A stretch of DNA of 35,456 nt, taken from a virus. Lineage: Duplodnaviria > Heunggongvirae > Uroviricota > Caudoviricetes. The stretch lies in the IMG/VR virus record IMGVR_UViG_3300042691_005779; one strand, given 5' to 3'. Below the pieces are notes generated by a model. That model was given only the letters and a program-made list of their open reading frames with translations, searched no databases and had not been told where the DNA came from. The translations under genes were made by a program, and so were the position numbers. Below, in pieces: positions 24,940 through 33,800 of the stretch (positions are counted from its first letter, which is position 1; each line of letters opens with the position of its first letter).

Positions 24940-25361
24940 ACATGTTTGATTTTATCTACACTATCTTCAATAGAAGTGTTAGATGTATTAATAATTAAAT
25001 CTACATCATCTTTCTGTGGTAGCTCAAAGTCTGCCACTTTAAATTGATCTCTACCTCTATCTTCTTCATATGTGAGATAGATCCATTTAACATCTCTGGT
25101 TAGACTGCTTAGATACTCTCTAGCTTCTTCATAAGGATACACTAGTGATAACACTATGTTATAGTTTCTTGCTTTATTCAAATAGTAAGCAATATCACTA
25201 GCTCTGTTTAAGTTTTTAATCCTACCTTCTTTACTGTAGTCTTTGTTCTTAAACATATCTCTTAGTTCATCACCATCTATGTGGTGGAATCCCTCTGCTA
25301 TAAACTTTTTAGCAAGAGTTGTCTTGCCTGATGCAGGCTGTCCAAATAATACTATTATCAT
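24924..25361 (-). CDS. cysC: adenylylsulfate (APS) kinase-like P-loop kinase
   Basis: GQPASGKTT, IDGDELR, DYSKEGRIKNL, SLVYPYEEARE, FELP. Confidence 0.8.
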   Translation of the reverse strand: MIIVLFGQPASGKTTLAKKFIAEGFHHIDGDELRDMFKNKDYSKEGRIKNLNRASDIAYYLNKARNYNIVLSLVYPYEEAREYLSSLTRDVKWIYLTYEEDRGRDQFKVADFELPQKDDVDLIINTSNTSIEDSVDKIKHVCRIF

Positions 25362-26176
25362 TTTGTATATCTAAATTGTTGAAAGAACCATTGGTAATTA
25401 TCCCATATCCAGTTTGTAACGTCCTTACCTAATAAGGCTTTTGCTCTAGAAGGAACAGGTTCTAATCTAGTACGAATAGTGTGGTCACCAAAGCTACCAT
25501 ACACCTCATCATCTTCTTTAGTAACTTGTTCTATATTATCCCAATCATGTTGGTAATAAGGAATGCCTAGGTATTGATATATCCTTTGCATCTCTGTATC
25601 TGGATATAGACACAAGTCTTCAAACTTAACAAACAATACATGTTTGTCTATCCCTAGCCTAAACATCTCTTGTAATCTTTCTATAGCTAGACCAACAGGT
25701 TGACTCTGTGCCCAGATGTCTATACGTTTAGGAACTGTTGTTCCTTGCATCTGTGCCCAATTAAGAATAGCATTAGCCTTATCAGGATTCTTTCTGTAGT
25801 TGTTCTCCATAGAAGCAAAGACATCACGTAGGTCTCTCACCATACATATAATCTTTGGCTCTGGGTGGATAAAGTTTAGGAAGTCATAATGTATTCCCCA
25901 TCCTCTAGATTTGTCTACAACATATTTCTTATCTGTAATAGCATTGTAATAAGCAATCATTCCTTCTTTACAGAATGCTTGGAATGCAGCTTTCATTACT
26001 TGTGGATCTTGAGCTTGGAACTCAGGACTGTCTGTATAGTTTCCTCTAGCAGCAAACACTAACTCAAGTACACCACTAGTTGGTGTAGCATAGATGTCTG
26101 GATTTTGTGCTAATATGTTTTGTAACAATGTTGAACCTGCTCTTGGTAAAGAGCTTTGATAGAATATATTCTCCAT
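25358..26176 (-). CDS. PAPS-dependent sulfotransferase
   Basis: 5-prime PSB loop SLPRAGSTLL; 3-prime PB motif MVRDLRDVFASM; KFEDL. Confidence 0.85.
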   Translation of the reverse strand: MENIFYQSSLPRAGSTLLQNILAQNPDIYATPTSGVLELVFAARGNYTDSPEFQAQDPQVMKAAFQAFCKEGMIAYYNAITDKKYVVDKSRGWGIHYDFLNFIHPEPKIICMVRDLRDVFASMENNYRKNPDKANAILNWAQMQGTTVPKRIDIWAQSQPVGLAIERLQEMFRLGIDKHVLFVKFEDLCLYPDTEMQRIYQYLGIPYYQHDWDNIEQVTKEDDEVYGSFGDHTIRTRLEPVPSRAKALLGKDVTNWIWDNYQWFFQQFRYTK

Positions 26177-26177
26177 A

Positions 26178-27053
26178 TTAAGATTTTAAAGATGCTATGA
26201 TTTGATCTACATTAAATATTTCTTTCTCATTGTTATATGGAAACTCTAATAGGTTCCCTGATATATCAAACTTCTGCAAGTATGCATTGCGTAACTCAGG
26301 CTTCTTAGTGAATGGATTACATACAATGTTATCATGTACATCATATCCAAACACCTCAGGCTTATTACACACCCATAGCACTGTAGAAGGTTTATTCATA
26401 GCAGCAGCTGCATGATGACCAAAGCTATCCATCAACAATCTCTTACTACTAAGTTCTATAAGAACAGCTAGTGCTCTGAAGTTATCTGTAACAGGAGTGG
26501 TGAAGTCATAACCAATCTGATCTTCTCTTCTTATGTGTACAATGTTATAATCATTTTTAAATTCATGTATAACATTCTCCACTACATAACTAGGAATGTC
26601 TCTAGCCCATGAGTATTTCAACTCTTGTCCTGGAGCACCACCATTTGTTTGTAACAATAAAATAGGTCTGTCAGATGTAAACTTCTGACCAAAGAACTTA
26701 CGTTCTCTATCTGTAAGATAGAGCTTAGGAATAACACTCTCAGGTGTAGGAACACCAAACATTCTTGTCCATGTATGACTTAAGTGTTCATTCTGCATAA
26801 GATGTTCTGTCTGTAGATATGGATCATGTGCAAACACTTTGAACTCTTTACCCTCTATAAAATCTTCATAGAAGTATTGTGTCATGCCAAAAGAAAATGA
26901 GCGATACACAAAGGGGTTGTTTATAAACACCTCTGGGTAACCGCTCATTACAATTAATTGACTATCAGGATATTGTTTGTGAATTGCTTCACAAACAGAT
27001 GTAGCAAGTATACACTTACCTATACCACCATTGATTTGGAAAATGATATTCAT
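26178..27053 (-). CDS. GT9-like (heptosyltransferase fold) glycosyltransferase
   Basis: GGIGKCILAT...YPDSQLIV...NNPFV and DSFGHHAAAAMNKPSTVLW. Confidence 0.7.
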   Translation of the reverse strand: MNIIFQINGGIGKCILATSVCEAIHKQYPDSQLIVMSGYPEVFINNPFVYRSFSFGMTQYFYEDFIEGKEFKVFAHDPYLQTEHLMQNEHLSHTWTRMFGVPTPESVIPKLYLTDRERKFFGQKFTSDRPILLLQTNGGAPGQELKYSWARDIPSYVVENVIHEFKNDYNIVHIRREDQIGYDFTTPVTDNFRALAVLIELSSKRLLMDSFGHHAAAAMNKPSTVLWVCNKPEVFGYDVHDNIVCNPFTKKPELRNAYLQKFDISGNLLEFPYNNEKEIFNVDQIIASLKS

Positions 27054-27069
27054 AATTTAGCTTTACAAG

Positions 27070-27101
27070 CAAAGGTATACATTGCTTATAATAAAACCAA
27101 A
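27070..27101 (-). promoter_or_regulatory. Bacteroidota-type promoter for the GT9/sulfation operon
   Basis: TTTG (27098-27101), 20-nt spacer, TACCTTTG (27070-27077). Confidence 0.8.
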
Positions 27102-27111
27102 TTATTTAACA

Positions 27112-27459
27112 TTATTCTTCAACAGCTGTAGTTGTGGTTGTTGTGGTTGTAGGACCAGCCAAAACAGCCTCAGCAAGATCTACAAAAGCTGTAGTATCTA
27201 AGTCTGCATACTGTACTCTAAAACTTTCTGCACCTTGTTGACTTGGTAGCCAATCAGAGAAAAGATCATAGAATGTGTTGATAGCATGATACTGCTTAGG
27301 GCCTGTATAACCTTCTGGTTTGTTTGCCCATACATCATCTACGCAAGCGTCTACTAGAGCTTGGAAGTCAGAAACATTTGCCTGTACGTTTTGGGTATCA
27401 GTGATTACCTGCACTGTACCAAAGCCAAAGATGTGAAGTGTGTTAAATGGATTTGCCAT
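27112..27459 (-). CDS. acidic protein with poly-Thr tail (tail-fibre assembly-like position)
   Basis: Ends AGPTTTTTTTAVEE; lies immediately downstream of the giant fibre gene. Confidence 0.75.
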   Translation of the reverse strand: MANPFNTLHIFGFGTVQVITDTQNVQANVSDFQALVDACVDDVWANKPEGYTGPKQYHAINTFYDLFSDWLPSQQGAESFRVQYADLDTTAFVDLAEAVLAGPTTTTTTTTAVEE

Positions 27460-27479
27460 TGTTTATTGTTTTTGTAAAG

Positions 27480-27845
27480 TTAAATTAAATTATTGTTTTT
27501 CAAAATATTTTCTATTATTTTTATTCTATCCTTCAGACTATCATTCTCAGCTTTAAGTTCTTTGAATGCGTTTACATAAGAAGCATAGATGGCATCTTTT
27601 TCAAATTGTAGTATTGGGCTACCACCTTCTCCAACTATCACCTCAAGACCATTTTCATCCACTCTTGAAACACTGTTGACTTCTACAACACAAGCCATTG
27701 CTTGTTGTACCTCTTGAGCTATGAAGCCATACTTTCTATGACATGACACATCCCCATTCCAACAATAGCTTACAGGTCTTAGTTTGATAATATCATCTAA
27801 ACCAAAGCATGTATCTTGAATAGTATTCTTTCTTCTGCAATCAGA
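27480..27845 (-). other. peptidase S74 intramolecular chaperone domain
   Basis: SDCRRKNTI...LDDIIKLRPVSYCW...YGFIAQEV...C-terminal coiled coil; predicted cleavage at the Ser encoded by 27843-27845. Confidence 0.85.
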
Positions 27846-30800
27846 GATACCACCACCCCACTGACATAAGTTGTTTACAAATGTGAAGTTGTTAGCTACA
27901 CCAAATAAACAAGAACCAATCATGTGTGCGTTGGTAGCACTATTTGTAGTATTACATAATCCTGCAAGAACAGATGACCAACATGAATTAGCTACGTTAT
28001 TTAATCCTCCACCAACAAATGTATAATTTGAAGTACAAGCTCTATTCCCTTCACCTCCTACTATAGCTGAATATGTAGTTGATGCAATATTATTATATCC
28101 ACCACCTACGAATGAGCTATTACCTGACGCGGTATTAGTTTGACCTCCTACTATAGATGATAAATAACCTGATGCTGAATTAGTAAGACCTCCTCCAAGT
28201 GTAGTCCAAGTGTTTGATGCTGCATTTCCTGACCCTCCTCCTACGAACGAACGAGTTCCTGAAGCTACGTTACTTGAACCTCCTGCTACAGTTGAATATG
28301 CTCCTGAAGCTGTATTAGATTGCCCAGCTCCTACAAACCCTCTATTACCACTGGCTGTATTGCTATAACCTCCTGATACAGTTGATATAGAAAAACTAGC
28401 TGAGTTTAAAAACCCTCCACCAACGGTTGCCCATGAGCCTGTAGCACCATTACTTCTTCCTCCTGCTATTGTTGATTCACAACCTGTTGCATTATTGTTA
28501 TATCCACCACTTGCTGTAGATCTAATTCCACAAGCTCTTACAGAAGCACCTCCTCCAACAAAAGATCCACTTCCTAATGCTAGATTTGACGCACCACCAA
28601 CTACAGCGGCATAACCACCACTTGCTGTATTATTGTTTCCACTACCTACAAATGAGCCATAGCCACTTGCTGAGGCAGCTCTACCTCCTGCTATAGTTGA
28701 ACAAGCCCCTCCTGCTGTATTACTAAACCCACCACCAACTGTTGCATGGGAATTAGTTGCCGAGTTATTACACCCACCACCAACTCTTGAAGCAACCCCT
28801 GATGCTGTATTTGATTGACCTGCACCAATAGATGCTTTATTACCACTTGCAGTGTTTAATGCTCCACCTGCTATTGTTGAATCATATGTACCACTAACTG
28901 TATTCGTGTAACCACCACCAATAGTACCTGTTATTGAAGAAGCAGTGTTACTTAAACCACCTGATATTGTTGAGTTACCTGCTAATGCTCTGTTATAACA
29001 TCCACCCCCTACTGTTGTCCAAGATGAAGCAGCACAGTTGAATTGACCTCCCCCTAAAAACGCATAATTGCCACAGTTAATATTCATCCATCCACCAACA
29101 AGAACACCTGCTGTTCCCATTGTGTAAATAACAGATGGAGCAGTTGAGAAGTATGAACTACCCATAACACCACCTGAAGTATTGTTTCCAATACCACCAC
29201 CTGCAAAACCACCCGTAGCATTTGCTCTATTACATATACCTCCTGCAACTGTTGATTGAGTACCACTTGCACAGTTTCTATAACCTCCTGAAACTGTTCC
29301 ATTGTATCCTGAAGATGCATTGACATATCCACCTCCTACTGCTGAATAGTTTCCACTAGCAGTGTTAGAATAACCTCCTGCAATTGTTGGATATTGGCTT
29401 GATGCTACGTTTCCAAATCCACCACCTACTGTTGATTGTGTTCCACAAGATTGATTTGAACAACCTCCGCCTACAAAAGCTCCTGTAACAGATGCTGTAT
29501 TACTAATACCTCCTCCAACTGCTGTAAAATATCCACTTGCTGTGTTTGATTGACCACCTGCTACAACAGAACGTACGGCTGTTGCATTATTGCCAACACC
29601 ACCACCTACAGTTGTTCCATTGGATGATGATGTATTTCCATTACCACCACCAATCGTAGCCCAACATCCTGAAGCATTATTTCCTCTACCGCCTCCAACA
29701 GTTGAACTTTCGCCTGAAGCTGTTACATCATATCCACCACCAATAAAAGACCATGAGCCTGAAGCTAAGTTTGAATATCCTCCACTAACAGTTGATGTAT
29801 CACCACAAGCTACGTTTACAACACCACCTGCAACAACACTATGAGATGCTGATGCTAAGTTTTGTCTACCACCAACCATAGCCATATAACCACTAGCTGA
29901 GTTATTACATCCACCTAATACAGCTGAAAACTGACCTGAAGCAGTGTTTTGCATACCTGCTCCTACAAATGAAGTGTTTCCTGATGCTGCATTGAATCTT
30001 CCTCCTGATACAGTAGAGAAATATCCGCTCGTTGTATTACATAAACCACCACCAATTGATGTGTTATTACTTGATGCAACGCTACATTGTCCACCACTTA
30101 CCACTGAATATGTCCCTGATGCTCTATTCTGAAATCCTCCTCCTATTGTTGAATAGATACCTGCATTTACTCTTGTAGGAGCCACTGTAAATTCACAAGC
30201 AGCAAGACTCCAAGTTCCCCCTGATGTATTATTACCTACACCACCTACTACCACAGCACCAAATGCTAAACAATCAGAAGTTGAATTACATATTGAATTA
30301 CAACTACCACCACCAATAAAACCATGATTTGCAAATACAAAGTTTCCTTGACCGCCAACAGCTGATGAGTGTAAACTACATACATGATTTACGCTTCCTG
30401 CGCCTATGAAAGAACGATTGCCACAAGCTACTACGTTAAATGTTCCATTGACAATAGTTGCCATATATGAAGAAGCTGTGCCTTGCCTTCCGCCACCTAT
30501 AAAAGATCTATCTCCTGAAGCTATATTTCCTGCTGCTCCACTACCTATTACTGTTGCAAACCCACCTGATGCAGTATTTCCATTACCACCTAAAACAATA
30601 GATGAATAACCACTGGCTGTGTTAAGACATCCTGCACCAACTAGTGAATAAGAGCCTATTGAGGAGTTAAATCTTCCTCCTACTACAGAGGCAACGTATC
30701 CACTTGCAGTGTTACAATAACCACCTGAAACTGTAGTTCTCCAATTAGTAGCACGATTACACAATCCACCACCAACTGTAGAATGTCCACAACCTGATGC

Positions 30801-33800
30801 TGTATTAACCTCACCTCCACCTATAGTTCCAAATGGAGCTGATGCTGAATTTGTACTACCACCACCTATAGAAGAAGCACCTCCTGATGCTGTGTTAGAA
30901 AGACCACCTCCAACAAATGTATAAGAATTTGTAGTAGAGTTTGCTCTACCTCCTGCAATTGTAGACATATAGCCTGATGCAGTGTTATCATATCCACCTG
31001 CAACTGTCGCAGAGTAACTACCTGAAGCTACGTTATTAAAACCACCTCCTACAGTTGCGTGATATGTTCCACAAGCTCTGTTGCAAACACCACCTGCTAC
31101 CACATTATTTTCTCCTGAAGCTATATTAGCACGACCACCTAAAACAGCAGAACAAGCTCCTGACGCTGTATTAGAACAGCCTCCTGCAACTACTGAATGA
31201 GAACCTGAAGAAGCGTTTCCATTACCACTAAATACACCTGAGATGCCTCCTGACGCTGTATTGAATCCTCCTCCTCCAACAATTGAACGATAAGCTGAAG
31301 TTGTATTCCCAATGCCTCCTGCTACAGTTGAAATATAACCTGAAGCTGTATTTGCTCTACCCCCTGATATAGCAGAATAATCACCTGATGCTATGTTTGG
31401 AGAAGGAGGACGACCACCACCTCCAATAAAAGCATAAAGACCTGAAGCTACGTTCTGATAGCCACCTGCTACTACACTCATATAAGCAGAAGCAGTGTTA
31501 CCTGAACCTCCTCCTATGAACGAATAGTTGCCTGTTGATTTATTTACTTCACCACCTGCCACTACTGCTGCTTCTCCAAAAGCACAGTTAATTCTGCCCC
31601 CTGCTACTGTAGATGAATTTGTACAAGCTATATTATTACATCCACCACCTATTGATGAATTAACTCCTGACGCTGCATTATTTATACCACCTGAAATTGT
31701 TGAATAGCCACCTGTGGCTGCATTTAATTGACCACCTCCTACAGTAGAGCAGTTTCCTGATGATGTGTTAGTAGACCCTCCACCTATAGATGACAATGCA
31801 CCTGACGCTGTGTTTACATGTCCACCACCCACTACAGACCCATTTGATGTAGATGTATTTCTACAACCACCACCAATGAAAGACCTAGTTCCTGAAGCAG
31901 TGTTTTGATAACCACCTGAAACTGTTGAATAAGTTCCTGAGGAAGTATTATCATATCCACCACTCACTGTAGAATATCCTCCTGTAGCATCATTCATTAC
32001 ACCACCTAAAGCTGATGAATATGCAAATGTTGCTGTATTACATCTACCTCCTGCCACAGTTGTCCAACAACCTGTTGCTCTATTAACTGTACCACCACCT
32101 ATTGTTGAAGTGTTTCCTGACGCTATGTTTTGATAACCTCCACTAATTGTACTAAACTGACCTGTTGCAATATGCCTAAAGCCACCACCAATAAATGAGA
32201 AATATCCTGCATCACAAACTGTTGGTGCTACAGAGAAACAACCTCCTGTCCAAGTACCACCTGTTGTGTTATGACCTGTTCCACCTACTATAGTAGACCA
32301 AGCACCACAAGAAGCTGACGTTGCATTACATATAAAGTTTGATGTACCACCTGCTATAGTAATACCTGTTCCTGCTATGGCTATACAATTAAATGCACCA
32401 CCACCAATTAAAGAACAAACTCCTGAATTTGTATTTGCATAACCACCACCTATAAATGAATAACAACCATTTGCATAGTTTGATTCACCACCTACAACTG
32501 ATGCTTGACCTCCATTAGTGCAGTTACCATATCCTCCACCCACAACACTATATATTCCTGCTGCACCATTCACTCTACCGCCACCTACTGTTGAGCAGTT
32601 TCCTGAAGATGTGTTATTACAACCACCTCCTATAGAAGTATTATTTCCTGAAGCAACATTCCCATTACCACTACCAATAAAACTTTCTCCACCTGATGTT
32701 ATATTTAATACACCACCCCCAATGTGAGAGCGAGATGCAGATGCTGTATTGTTTTGACCACCCCCAATACCTGCCATATATCCTGAAGTGGTATTAAGAT
32801 AACCACCTGCTGCTACAGAACCATAGCTTCCACTTGCAGTGTTACCATAACCTCCACCTATAAATGGATATTGTGCGCCTGATGCATTATTTGCAGCACC
32901 ACCTGCTACTGTGGCTCTTAAACCACTTGCAACGTTGCACCACCCACCACCTATTGCGGAGCAACCACCATAAGAACAGTTCGCTTGTCCTCCTCCTACT
33001 GTAGAAAAGGCAATATTTGCAATATTCCCTCTACCACCACCTATGAAAGTATAAGTGCCTGAAGCTGTATTTTGATAACCTCCTACAACTGATGAATAAG
33101 TACTTGAAGCTGTGTTGTCATAACCTGCTCCTACAAAGGAATAATTTGCACTTGATAAATTTGATTCACCACTTACAACAGCTGACCTTGTGCCTGATGC
33201 ATTATTACTTAAACCACCTCCTGTAAAGCTGTATGTACCTGAAGCTGTGTTTGACTGACCACCTCCTACAACTGACCTATTTGCTGAAGCTGAATTATTA
33301 CTACCACCACCTATAAAAGAAGCTGTATTTTGGGTAGTATTAGAAAGACCACCTGCAATGGCAGAATATGAACCCACTGAAGCATTAGCTGAACCACTTA
33401 AAGAACCACTATATGCTCCTGAAGAAGTATTTGTTACACCACATCTTACTGAAGAACACAATCCTGCTCCAAGCACAATAACAGCACTAGAACCAACATT
33501 TATACCAGAACTACCTGAGCTACCACTTGTACCTGACGTACCACTGGTGCCAGAAGTTCCACTTGTTCCTGAGCTACCACTGGTTCCTGTAGTTCCTGAA
33601 GAACCACTAGAGCCTGTTGTACCAGAGGTTCCTGTTGTACCAGACGTACCACTTGTAGCTGATGTACCACTAGAGCCTGAAGTACCTGTGGTACCTGACG
33701 TACCACCTGTACCATTGGTTCCACTTGTACCACTTGTTGCTGAAGAGCCAGAACTACCTGATGTACCTGATGTTCCATTTATACCAGAAGTTCCTGAGGT

